A stretch of DNA of 62,996 bases, the filler included, from Neolecta irregularis DAH-3 (taxonomy: Eukaryota): assembly GCA_001929475.1 (NCBI GenBank). It is 7 parts of 7 records of this genome, joined end to end, with 100 filler letters (N's around TTAATTAATTAA, not from the genome) between each part and the next. Parts side by side here need not be neighbours in the genome. Positions count along the whole stretch, not along the records: positions 51,691 to 53,628 come from LXFE01003347.1; positions 53,729 to 57,123 come from LXFE01003351.1; positions 57,224 to 58,976 come from LXFE01000363.1; positions 59,077 to 60,223 come from LXFE01003364.1; positions 60,324 to 62,996 come from LXFE01003381.1; 2 more parts are not named here. One strand, 5' to 3'. This document shows positions 51,691 to 62,869 of this stretch, piece by piece. Numbering within the stretch: the first letter of the stretch is position 1; the number at the start of each line of letters is the position of its first letter. The translations under genes and the position numbers were made by a program. Below the pieces are notes generated by a model that was not told the origin of the DNA, did no database searches, and was given only the letters and a program-made list of their open reading frames with translations.

Positions 51691-52242
51691 GTCTCTTTCT
51701 CTTTCTCTGTCGGTTCTCTCTATGTCGGTTCTCTCTCTGTCGGTTCTCTCTCTGTCCGTTCTCTCTCTGTCGGTTCTTTCTCTGTCGGTTCTCTCTCTGT
51801 CGGTTCTCTCTCTTTCTCGGTCCGTTCTGTCCGTTCTTTCTCTGTCAGTTCTCTCTCTTTCTCTTTCACTTCTGTCCGTTCTGTCCGTTCTCTCTCTTTC
51901 TCGGTCCGTTCTGTCGGTTCTGTCGGTTCTCTCTTCTCTATCCATTCTCTCTTCTCTATCCACTCTCTCTCCTCTATCCATTCTCTCTTCTCTATCCACT
52001 CTCTCTCGTGGTCTATCCGGATTATCCACTCTCCCTCGTTCTCTCTCTCCCTCGCGAGGAAAAGATGGCGATATCGACCGGCGCCTGCTGTCAGAATCGC
52101 CACTATACCTTCCGCACCAAATATTTCTCGGCCTCGGCGTTCTCCACGCTCCCGGCGGCGACTCCTCTACAGTTTCTCGGGCGCGCGGCCGGTACGAATC
52201 GCCAACCCCGCGAGGGCGATAGTAGCGGTCCAGTCCGGTCAT
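51691..52242 (-). CDS. RE/RD-rich nuclear-type protein, 5' part (runs into the gap)
   Basis: MTGLDRYYRPRGVGDSYRP..RRRSISP followed by (RERTD)n repeats. Confidence 0.7.
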
Positions 52243-52268
52243 GTTCAGAAATACCCCCGCCAAACACC

Positions 52269-52664
52269 ATGACCCATTTCCACTTTCGGTCCCTGTTTCT
52301 CCTACTCGCTCTCGCATATGCTGAAACAAGCTATATCGTCACCCTTGGAAAAAACTCTTGTCTCTCAGATCTCAAAAATGCAGAAAACTACGTCACTTCT
52401 CAAGGCGGAAAAATCATAAACGAATACACAACCCTCATTTGGTTTGCTCCCCCTGGCCCATGCTGACTATAGCGGTTTCGCTGTAAGCTTCAACTCGGAC
52501 TCGGTCAACGCTGCTCTCGTCCAACAGACTCTTTCTGATCTGGAAAGCAAATATCCAGGCATCAGCGTCGAGAAAAACCAACAGCTTCGTATGTACATGA
52601 TATTGTCCCTCTAACATGAGATCTGCTCAATCCCCAGTCCTCGCCAAGCAAACGAGGGTTGTAA
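52269..52664 (+). CDS. Small secreted peptidase inhibitor I9 (subtilisin-propeptide-like); stop at 52614 if the last intron is not used
   Basis: Signal peptide, SYIVTL, V.SQGGKIINEY, GFAV, VEKNQ. Confidence 0.85.
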
Positions 52665-52732
52665 CATCCTCAAGCGAGAATGTAACATCCTCAAACGAGG
52701 TTGTAACATCCTCAAACGAGGTTGTCATCCTC
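52650..52732. repeat. 21-bp tandem repeat (AAACGAGGTTGTAACATCCTC) x4
   Basis: Directly visible tandem units. Confidence 0.9.
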
Positions 52733-52777
52733 AGTTGTAGATTATATATTATGATTGCTGTTTTATTNNNNNNNNNN

Positions 52778-53628
52778 GTAGCTTTCGTCCCGCGCCTCCC
52801 GCTCAATCGCCTCCCACCGCCGCTGCGACTCCCGCTTGCCCGCCTGCAGCCCGCTGATGTCCGCCTTGAGCCCCGCAATCTGCTCCTCCAGCTTCTCCAG
52901 CTGCCGTCAGCCCGCTCTCCTCCACACATACCTCCGCCCCGTGCCTTGCGTCCATCTTGCTCCACCGCTTGTTGTAGCCCCGTCCGTAGTCTGAATGTGT
53001 GTACCGAGGCCCCGTAGGTGTGTTTCGCCGTCCTTCTCGCGGTCCCGTAGGTGTAGAATATACTTGTCTTGTCCGTTCTCTATCGTTTGCGTTTTCTCTT
53101 TCGTTTCGGCGGTCGGTCGTGTTTCTTCTGTCTCTGTCTGTTGTGTCTCTTTCTCTTTCTCTGTCGGTTCTCTCTATGTCGGTTCTCTCTCTGTCGGTTC
53201 TCTCTCTGTCGGTTCTCTCTCTGTCGGTTCTCTCTCTGTCGGTTCTCTCTCTTTCTCTTTCACTTCTGTCCGTTCTGTCCGTTCTCTCTCTTTCTCTGTC
53301 CGTTCTGTCGGTTCTGTCGGTTCTCTCTCTTTCTCTTTCACTTCTGTCGGTTCTGTCGGTTCTCTCTCTTTCTCGGTCCGTTCTGTCGGTTCTCTCTCTT
53401 TCTCTATCCACTCTCTCTCGTGGTCTATCCGGACTATCCACTCTCTCTTCTCTATCCACTCTCTCTCCTCTATCCATTCTCTCTCGTGGTCTATCCGGAC
53501 TATCCACTCTCTCTCGTGGTCTATCCGGATTATCCACTCTCCCTCGTTCTCTCTCTCCCTCACGAGGAAAAGATGGCGATATCGACCGGCGCCTGCTGTC
53601 AGAATCGCCACTATACCTTCCGCACCAA
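52778..53628 (-). CDS. RE/RD-rich protein, overlapping second copy and 3' part
   Basis: Same sequence as 51691-52119 with different repeat counts, then two PTGPR motifs and, after an intron, the coiled coil LEKLEEQIAGLKADISGLQAGKRESQRRWEAIERE. Confidence 0.7.
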
Positions 53629-54067
53629 NNNNNNNNNNNNNNNNNNNNNNNNNNNNNNNNNNNNNNNNNNNNTTAATTAATTAANNNNNNNNNNNNNNNN
53701 NNNNNNNNNNNNNNNNNNNNNNNNNNNNTACACGGCTCTCAGTAATTGGATCTAGTGCAAAAAGTAAGAGCGAACCACAGCATTCACCGACGTCATGAAG
53801 AGTGGATATATTGACCTCCCTAAGGAGGAATTGGATGCGAGTGATGGGGGACACATCCGTGTGTATACAGACTCTCGACAGCGAAGTGAAGATATTTTTC
53901 CCATGCTTGGATTTTATGGTGTCGTAACCTGCGGCTTCTACAGTCGGCTGTTTGGAAGGATGTTGCAGAAGATATTGTTACTGGGTGATCCGGTTGGATG
54001 ATAATGCTATCAAATGCACTTTGATTTGTTTTATCGAAGACCTGCAGATAATGTGTCTCTAGCCAAA

Positions 54068-54269
54068 TGTTGGGATTCCGTGATAGTTCCCCATTTGGAC
54101 CCTAACCCTGTTTGCCTACGCCCTTGACCCGCTGCGCTGCTAAACTGAGCACTGCTTGCCTCGCCTGCTCGCTTCCTCTCGCTCCCCTACCCTCCTCGCC
54201 TGTTACTGCCCCGCCCCTCCTGACCCATTACCGCCCGCCCTCGCCCATTACCGCCGTCTTATCACAACA
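54068..54269. mobile_element. Solo-LTR-like segment (TG..CA)
   Basis: Termini TGTTGGGAT and ATCACAACA form an 8/9 inverted match; C-rich interior; no target-site duplication seen. Confidence 0.35.
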
Positions 54270-54287
54270 CTGGTGATTGTATAGCTG

Positions 54288-54395
54288 GATGTACACTGAT
54301 AGTGTTGAACAAGGCAATTATATACCTGAATATACTGCAAGTGTGGTTTTATGAATATCAGGAACACTGCAAAAGGAACAAGGCATGAAATCACA
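54288..54395 (-). repeat. Inverted repeat copy A
   Basis: 54347-54395 matches the reverse complement of ~55823-55871 with one mismatch; weaker similarity continues outward. Confidence 0.9.
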
Positions 54396-54586
54396 AGAGG
54401 CGTGCGAGGAGGGCGAGATGGGAGAGACCGGCGAGACGGCTATCATAATACAACGACAATGAAACCACCGAGACCACCGATGGAGAAAGCATCGAAGCCG
54501 AAACAAACCCCTGAAGATTGGCCAAGTCATTGTGACTCAAGTCTTGGGGTCGTCGATACCCCAAAGTGTCTTGACCTTCCCATCCG

Positions 54587-54637
54587 AATCCATTTCAGCA
54601 AGCAATGCATATGGAAAAGATGTGTACATCTTCCCAT
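54587..54637 (-). pseudogene. APC11-like RING-H2 gene fragment
   Basis: MGRCTHLFHMHCLLKWI matches the Apc11 G.C.H.FHMHC..KW motif; the flanking Cys pairs are absent. Confidence 0.6.
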
Positions 54638-55305
54638 ACTGGAATTAACAGCGATACCGAAATAGAGAAATGCGATTGACCAGAACTAGGAGATAGGAGC
54701 GAATACCGGCATTCTGGCGGCCCGATGATTCTCGGAATAGTCTGGACGCGGCTGTGCAGCAAAATGGGGCCATATGACGCCTTGAACAGAAAGCTGTAAG
54801 TTTGAATCCGGTGTTTTATTCGGTCTAATGTGAAGCGCGCCTATTTATATCAATGAAGTCTTCGTTGCACATACTTTCCCGGATGCTGAGATACCAGCAG
54901 GCAACTCGGAACTTTGCGACTCGAACACCGCGAGGAACAATATAATTCGACGGCGCGGCTTGGGAGTGAGTTTTCGCAGATATCGGTGTCGGCACTCGGA
55001 ACTTGGAAATTCCATCGCAGAGTCTACCTGGCCTGGCTTGATTTCAAGACCCAATCGCTTTTATACGCACCTTTGATATGCCTATTAATACACCCTTTAG
55101 CATAACCTGCTTTCACACAATCCGACGAGCCGCAGTTTATAGTAGAAAGGTATAAATATTCCANNNNNNNNNNCTTGATATGCCTATTAATACACCATTT
55201 GTTCTATACCCCTAGCATAACCTGCTTTCACACAATCCGACGAGCCGCAGTTTATAGTAGAAAGGTATAAATATTCCATCATGTTCGTCTCAACTACTCA
55301 TCACA

Positions 55306-55722
55306 ATGAATCTCCTCGTTATTATCATCAGTTTCGCCTGTGCAGTGCTTTCAGATGAATATGATAACATTGGCCTCGATATACATATAGACTCGGTCAC
55401 TCATCCTCTTTACACCGCGAGCGACAATCTACTTTGGGATCCCGCCAATGGGCAAATTGGCAACTTCAATATCAACAATGACGACCACATACTTACTGAC
55501 AAGAATGGCTATGAGCTCCACTCGAATAGTGACAAACTTGTATTTCAGCTCAACTCGGGAAATGCTGCAGTTCCTGTTAGATCTGTTAACAATAGGGTGG
55601 AACACTCTGAAAATGGGGCGTGGTTTGAAACGTTCTATGTATGCTTGGGAACCTCAAATGACTACAATGTTTACGCATTCGAAGCGAACAATTGTAATAC
55701 GAAAGCAAAGATTACTTGGTAA
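55306..55722 (+). CDS. Small secreted protein, 138 aa, intronless, C-terminal Cys pair
   Basis: TATAAA at ~55266, CACAATG start, signal peptide MNLLVIIISFACAVLS, beta-rich body ending FYVC..NNC. Confidence 0.8.
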   Translation: MNLLVIIISFACAVLSDEYDNIGLDIHIDSVTHPLYTASDNLLWDPANGQIGNFNINNDDHILTDKNGYELHSNSDKLVFQLNSGNAAVPVRSVNNRVEHSENGAWFETFYVCLGTSNDYNVYAFEANNCNTKAKITW

Positions 55723-55822
55723 GGACGTTGCTTGCATTTAATAGTCTAACAAGCTAGGTATTCTTGAGTGGAATGGATGACTATTTCTAAGAGGCTATTT
55801 GATTTGTATTCAATAGAAGTGA

Positions 55823-55925
55823 TGTGATTTCATGCCTTGTTTCTTTTGCAGTGTTCCTGATATTCATAAAATTGCTTGCGGTACATCCAGTATACAACTG
55901 CCTTCTACACTATCATCGTACACCC
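55823..55925 (+). repeat. Inverted repeat copy B (starts TGTGA, LTR-end-like)
   Basis: Reverse complement of 54288-54395. Confidence 0.9.
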
Positions 55926-56515
55926 CTGCGTGGCCGTCTTGGGACCAGAGTGGTCTGGATACGGAAAAGCAGCGACAGCAGTGCTGGACTCGCCAACGAG
56001 GATGCACAGGCGGGGCGGGAGCGGCATTGACTCGGCCAGCGCAGATTACAAAGACTCGAGAATAACCCGCGAGCCCTGTCGGCAAATCAGGGCTGGCGTT
56101 GCCCTCGGAGATCAAACAGCGATTCCCACCGCAGGCCTACTCCCGCTGGCCATAGGACAGTGTTGGGGCCGGGCCATGAAAAGCCCGCCCATCCCGAAAC
56201 GGGCATTTCCACGTGATATTAGAGAGGGCAGCCCTTGCCCTTCACGGTATCATCCTTCTGCCTTCCACCCGCCTTGCCTGCCAGTCTCGCCAGCCTCTCC
56301 CATCGCTCGCGCCACTCGCGAGTACCTCCCGTCCCGCCTCTCCAATCGAGCTGGATGAGACTGGCAGGTAGTGAGGATAAATAGCTTAGATAATAATACA
56401 CATCCAGGGGAGGTCCCCAGCAGTCGCTTTAGTAAATATGGTGAATGTGAACTTTAATATAACAGGGATTTGTCTGTTTCTTCCCTCACTCACTCAGTCA
56501 CCAATCTCGACATTG

Positions 56516-57002
56516 CTAGTCACTATGTTGTAAGTAAAATCCTTTCAACAGCTGGTTTTTCCGGTGCAGAACAGAGATGCGGAGTGTGAACTGAAAACAG
56601 TTATCGCTCCTACCCGATTGAATTGTTTTCTTGTTATTGCACGAATGAAATTCGGCGTGAGCACCTTGGTCGTCAAGGTATTGAAAAGACTGCTCTGACG
56701 TCCTGAAATAAGTTGTGGACTTGGTATCGTGGGAATAGAATTGGTAATGGTCGCTCTCCCATTTCGCTACATTATCATTGGCCTCGTCCTTGTTAGAGTA
56801 GCGCAAATTTTGATGTTTGTCAACGAAGAATGTCCCACATCCTTTATTAGTCGAATGATATATTAAAATATATTTTTCAACTTGCGCACAGTTCCCCTCG
56901 CCTTGTTCCAAGTGTAACTCTAGGTAGACATGTTATTTACCTATCCAACTCTCAGTCGCCTAGCTCTTGATATCTTGACAATACCAGCATCAAGTGCTAA
57001 TT
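56516..57002 (-). pseudogene. Probable decayed distant paralog of the 55306 secreted protein
   Basis: Similar layout (YLELHLE..GTFFVD..AEFHSC..DNCFQFTL); no in-frame ATG; in-frame TAA upstream; TCACA-ATT where the intact gene has TCACA-ATG. Confidence 0.45.
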
Positions 57003-57223
57003 GTGAAAGAATTTAGTGAGGCAGGTGATATGCTTGAGCCTCGTCGATTTAAACTTCAGCCAGATATTATTGCAGCAGCCCAGTGCCAGCGAAGCTGGGG
57101 TCGGAATGACTTTGTGAATTGGTNNNNNNNNNNNNNNNNNNNNNNNNNNNNNNNNNNNNNNNNNNNNTTAATTAATTAANNNNNNNNNNNNNNNNNNNNN
57201 NNNNNNNNNNNNNNNNNNNNNNN

Positions 57224-58830
57224 GCCTTTGCCTCCCTTCCTCACTCCTGTCCCTCCTGCCTGCCTTTGTCTCCCTCCATTCAATCTCTAATTCAATGAAC
57301 CCAAGATCCTACTCAAGCATTCTCTCAATTGAGGTCTCTTGATTCACCTATTAAGGTCTCTCAATTAGCCAACTGATCCTCATATGAATAGGACTCTCAG
57401 TATCTCAATCTCTCAAGTCTCTCTGAACTTTGTAGACTGGTTCAACCAAATACACAAAGTATCTTTGGCAACTCTTGATCTACTTGGAACTAGTGCAATT
57501 GGCAAACCAGGTAAAAATTTATGTATAATACTAAAATTCTTGCTAACTGGTGAAGGAGGCACACTATCCAGGAGTGCTTTTACCAGTTTACCATTAATTA
57601 TTACCATGATTAATGAAGACTTCATCATGAAATGTAGTGGCTGGGTCTGAGGGTGACCCAATTCCTCATCTTCTTCTAGGCCCATATGCACTGACTGGAT
57701 TGTGTCTGAAACAGCCCCCCTAGTCAGTTTAGCATATCTAGCCAGGAACAAAGGAGATGGTATTTCCTTGAGATCACCTGAGGTAAGATTTACATCCTCC
57801 ATAGTCAGGAGAATAGCTGCCTTTATTTCTGTGAGATCCTGGGGCATGAGTTCACAATCCATTATGTTGACAAGATTTGAGGCAGGAGTTCTAGATGATT
57901 TCAATTCTTGACTAAAAGCCTTACAGCTGCCAGGGATAATCCTAAGATGGGACCAACCATAGTAGTGAATGGGATGTCTTCAAGTTGTTTAATCAATGTA
58001 GGAGATACATCAATATTTGCAACTGGTGCAGGCTTAACTACCCACTTCTGTCCTGGTTTGGGGTTCATTGCTGGGGCAGCAGTAACTGGAATCTACCACC
58101 CATACTTCGAGGGTCAAGGTGTTGCTGCAGCCCAGACATCCACTATAGTCTCTTCAATGATTTTATCTTCAGGTGTGATAGGTCCTAGGGTAATCATCCA
58201 AGCATTAAGAGTTGGAGTTAATAGAGGGTGGGTCTTCTGTCCACCTGGTCTGAAGTAGAGGGGAATGACTTGACCATTCTTATCCTCCAACTTCTTGTCA
58301 TCATTAATGAGGACCAGACCAGACTTCAAAGCTTATTGAAAATCTGGGCAGTTGTTATGGGAATGATCCAAGGCATTACACCAGATGTATCTAAAAGGCT
58401 TATCTCCTGATGCAGTGCTAACTGTGTTAACCCTGGTCATTGGGGATGCTGCTGTTCCAATTCTAGACTCAAGAGCTCTGATTTTTACCTGAAGGGACAT
58501 CATTACTTCACCATCAGCATAATATTGAACACAGGGTAGGGCAAGGTTAGCCTTGGGGAGTACCATCACATGTTCACTCCATTCAATAGCCTCTCTCAGG
58601 GCCTCATGTGCAAGGGCAATAACCTTCTTGAAGGGGACTATTCCTTCAGAATCCTTGTGAGGGTGGATTGCCAACTGGATGGCAATCCGTTGCAGTTCAG
58701 TGAAGCTCTCAAGAAAGAGTGCATGCTGCTGGTATTGGGATAAGGCCTGGCAGTGGTGTAATGAATCGACTGATGTTGAATCCAATGATGGATTCATGAA
58801 TCTGATACAAATCAAGTTTGGGATTTGAAT
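57224..58830 (-). mobile_element. Degenerate Ty3/gypsy LTR-retrotransposon gag-protease relic
   Basis: Decayed zinc knuckle YIWCNALDHSHNNC followed by GLVLINDDKKLEDKNGQVIP; protease-like VIINGKLVKALLDS; internal stops and frameshifts. Confidence 0.8.
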
Positions 58831-59076
58831 TGATTCAATGGTTCAAAACAAAGATATAAATAGTATTATAATATTAAATTTCCATTTTAGGGTATCTTAT
58901 TATATTTAGAATTAGCTAAAAATAATTTTATAACTATAATATTTTCTATAACAAGGTTAATATCAATATACTTCTTNNNNNNNNNNNNNNNNNNNNNNNN
59001 NNNNNNNNNNNNNNNNNNNNTTAATTAATTAANNNNNNNNNNNNNNNNNNNNNNNNNNNNNNNNNNNNNNNNNNNN

Positions 59077-59216
59077 TGATAATAAATTATAAGCTATGAT
59101 AACATATTGTAACCTATTACAACATATGGTAAGCTATGATAAAATATTTTAAGCTATGATAACCAACTATAATCCATTATAAGCTATGATAACCCATTGT
59201 AACCCGTGTAACTCAN
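59077..59216. repeat. AT-rich satellite with 10-bp period (second copy of ~60038-60156)
   Basis: TAAGCTATGA / TAACATATTG / TAACCCATTG units. Confidence 0.9.
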
Positions 59217-59914
59217 NNNNNNNNNTACCACTAGACCGCATCTGGTGTTCATACTAACCACCAGAGCGAACTCCTTACATAAACATGATTGTGTTATACA
59301 AATTGTACTAATAAATCTTGTGTGACACTCCTGGAGGTGTTACTGAGTAATTAACAATAAACAAGTTTAATATTTCAGAAGATACAAAGAGAGAATAATA
59401 TATATAATAGTGAGGACAATATAATAAACTAAAGAAAGGTTATTAATTAACATACATTATGTAATGTTAAACTATGATCAAACAATGTTGTACTATATAA
59501 TAATACATAGGACAGGCAAATAGAAAGTAGTTTAAGGAGTTTGATCTTGTGTTATTAAGAATAACAGAATCTGTCTAGTGGTAGAAGGTTATAGAAGGTA
59601 ATGGAATATGCCACTATATTCTGTAGCTGCTAATTAGTGGCCTTATTATATTATAAGTAGATTTCTATCTATTGTACTATTTTCTATTACTGTTTTATCT
59701 GCTATGGTGGTTCATTTCCTTATGGTAATTAAGGGCTATTGTTATTATATAGTTCCTATACTAGTTTTGGCTAACCTCTACCTTGTACCTACTTCTGTTA
59801 TATACTGGTTCAAAGTTACTCTAGTCCTATTAGTGAAGCATGCCCTTGTGACATGTTTACAGATATTGTGATATAATATATAAGCTATATAATTCAATAT
59901 AATGTTGTTTAACT

Positions 59915-60223
59915 GATTGTAACCCATTATAGCCTATGATAAACAATTTTAACCCATGATAATACATTGTAATTAATGATAACACATTTTAATCAATGAT
60001 AACATATTTGTAACCCATTATAATATATTGTAACTTATGATAATAAATTATAAGCTATGATAACATATTGTAACCTATTACAACATATGGTAAGCTATGA
60101 TAACCAACTATAATCCATTATAAGCTATGATAACCCATTGTAACCCGTGTAACTCATTGGATATTATAATTTTAATCATTGTATTATAATCTAACCCCGT
60201 CTGAGTGTATGAATAGCTAACCC
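59915..60223. repeat. AT-rich satellite with 10-bp period and TAACCC-like core
   Basis: More than 20 degenerate TAAC(C/A)(C/T)AT(T/G)(A/G) units; the contig ends in CTAACCC. Confidence 0.85.
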
Positions 60224-60323
60224 NNNNNNNNNNNNNNNNNNNNNNNNNNNNNNNNNNNNNNNNNNNNTTAATTAATTAANNNNNNNNNNNNNNNNNNNNN
60301 NNNNNNNNNNNNNNNNNNNNNNN

Positions 60324-61955
60324 CTCGAGGAACGATCACATATCTTGCGGAGAAAGGGACCTATACACTTGAAGCACTTTGGGTTAGGTTAAGTGACACT
60401 GATATTTTTAGGATGACGTACTGGAAATCGAGTTTGAAGGACAAAAGTCGAAGCATAAAATGATGCATACATGGCCAGTCCGGTCTCCTCGACCTGTAAC
60501 AGAGAAATTGGTCGCAAACCATCCACTCTTGACTGGTCAAAGAGTTCTGGATGCTCTTTTTCCGTACAGTTATAATTTAGCAGTGGTTACATCTCTAGGA
60601 ATGTTCAAGGCGGTACAACTGCCATTCCAGGCGCTTTCGGTTGCGGCAAGACTGTTATCTCTCAGTCACTATCCAAGTACTCAAATTCGGACATCATTAT
60701 CTATGTAGGGTGTGGCGAGAGAGGAAATGAGATGGCAGAAGTTCTGATGGATTTTCCCGAGGTATATGCTGAAATATTCGCCTTGTGACAGCAAGCTCTC
60801 AATTGAAATCGATGGTCGCCGCGAACCTATCATGAAGAGGACTTGCTTGGTCGCAAACACTTCCAACATGCCCGTTGCTGCACGAGAAGCATCTATTTAT
60901 ACGGGTATTACTATTGCTGAATACTTCAGAGATCAGGGCAAGAATGTTGCGATGATGGCGGATTCTACTTCGCGATGGGCTGAAGCTTTGCGCGAGATTT
61001 CTGGCAAGTTGTAGCCAATTTTGGGACTGAATCTTAGGACGGCTTGCTGAAATGCCTGCTGATTCTGGATATCCTGCCTACCTTGGTGCCAAGGTGTGAG
61101 TTCTTTGCCTCTAGACTTACTTTATAGTTGGCATCGTTCTATGAAAGGGCTGGAAAAGCAGTATGTCTGGGAAGCCCCTGCCGGGAAGGCACGGTGTCTA
61201 TTGTTGGAGCTGTGTCGCCGCCTGGGGGTGACTTTAGTGATCCTGTGACGTCTTCGACGCTTGGAATTGTGCAGGTCTTTTGGGGTCTGGACAAGAAGTT
61301 GGCGCAACGAAAGCACTTTCCTTCTGTCAACTGGTCTGTTAGTTACAGTGTGCACCAATTTCTACATGGCGCTTATTACGAGGCAAGTATACGAATGTTT
61401 TGCAGGCGTGGTATGAAAAAAACGAGCCCGACTTTACGGATCTTCGTGACAAAGTCAAAGAGATTCTCCAATGCGAGGAAGATCTCTCTGAAATTGTCCA
61501 GCTTGTTGGCAAGGTTTGTGGGAGTTTGTCGCAGTTTTGATTTGATAGAGCGCTTTAGCCGAGTCTGACAAGGTTACGCTTGAGGTAGCTCGGCTGATCA
61601 AGGATGACTTTCTGCAGCAGAATGGGTAGATGAGAGTGGGGACATTTGCTAATGGCAGGTACTCTAACTATGATCGCTACTGTCCTCTTTACAAGACGAC
61701 GGCGATGTTGAAAGGGCTTGTTGGTTTCTATAACCACGCGCAGACGGCCGTTGGGACGGGAGTCATTTCCTGGGCTCAAATCCGGGATAAGATGGGGCCG
61801 GTGATGCACGGGCTGCAGTCGATGAAGTTTGAGGTAGGACTTGAAAGAAAGGGTGCTGATTACAGGATCCGGCAGATGGAGAAGAGGTATTGAGGGAGCG
61901 ATACGAGAGACTAGTTGTGGATATGAACGAAAAGTTCCGAGCACTAGTTGACTAG
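60324..61955 (+). CDS. VMA1: V-ATPase catalytic subunit A, 5'-truncated by the gap, no intein
   Basis: [59 protein letters not shown]. Confidence 0.98.
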
Positions 61956-61980
61956 ATACGAGCAAAAAGAGATAATATCT

Positions 61981-62858
61981 CTACAATAGACCTTGTCGTT
62001 TCAAGTCCTCAAAGACAGTTTTTGTCATTACGTTTCCGTCAGCGTCTTCCATTTCGATAGTGGCGCCGAGGGCAGTTTCTTCGGCGCGCTTGTCAGCCTT
62101 TATTTTTTCCCATACTGAGGATCAGCGGGGGGAAGAGGGGGTACTTGCGGGCCAGGGCATCGTCTATCTGTGTGATTTCCTTGAAGAGGGCGGAAGTCTG
62201 GATGCCGAGACAGCGCAGGCCGTGGACGTGTTTCCACTCTGTAAAGTGCTTGTCGAAGGCCTTGCGGCCCATGTAGACGGAGCTGCAGATTTCGCAGGAA
62301 TACTCGACGCCGAGGCCGTGCAGCTTGTAGAGCCAGAAGGGGATGGGCTTGCCGTCCCAGCCGAGGGGCAGGTTGAGCGGATTGTAGATGCGGGCCGAGT
62401 CGTCTGTGGGATTGTCGTCGTCGGGGTCTTGGGGGCGGGCCTCGATGTCGACGACCTCGCGCTGGCGCTCTGAGCCGGTCAGGGTCTGGCGGCGCTCGAC
62501 GTTGTTCTTTGTGTCTGCGCGCTGGGGGGCGAGCAGCTCGAGGACGCTGGTGATGAAGAGCTCTTCAGCGGCGATGGCGAGATCGCGGGCTGTGGCGGTG
62601 GTGGTAGTAGCGGTAGTATCAGGGACTGAGTCTGGGAGAACAGGGACTGAGTCTGGGATAGGGACTGAGTTTAGGGTAGTAGCAGTAGTATCAGGGACCG
62701 AGTCTGGGAAAGTAGCAGTAGTAGCAGGGACTGAGTCTGGGGTAGCAAGGACTGAGTCTGGGATAGGGACCGAGTCTGGGAGAACAGGGACCGAGTCTGG
62801 GAGAACAGGGACCGAGTCTGGGAGAACAGGAACCGAGTCTGAGGCAGCCGAGTCGGCC
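61981..62858 (-). CDS. PRP9: Splicing factor SF3a60/Prp9, 3' part
   Basis: [68 protein letters not shown]. Confidence 0.95.
62600..62850 (-). repeat. Coding minisatellite (21-bp PDSVPVL unit and variants) inside PRP9
   Basis: GGGACCGAGTCTGGGAGAACA tandem units. Confidence 0.9.
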
Positions 62859-62869
62859 NNNNNNNNNNA

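Noticed and set aside
51722-53684. Plus-strand (SVLSL)n, (VGSLS)n and (CRFSL)n ORFs
   Set aside because: Antisense readings of the RE/RD coding repeat
54100-54110. CCTAACCCT as a telomerase RNA template
   Set aside because: Isolated partial match inside an LTR-like block, with no pseudoknot or CR4/5-like element recognised
60700-60735. Possible VDE intein in VMA1
   Set aside because: [11 protein letters not shown] is contiguous; there is no insertion
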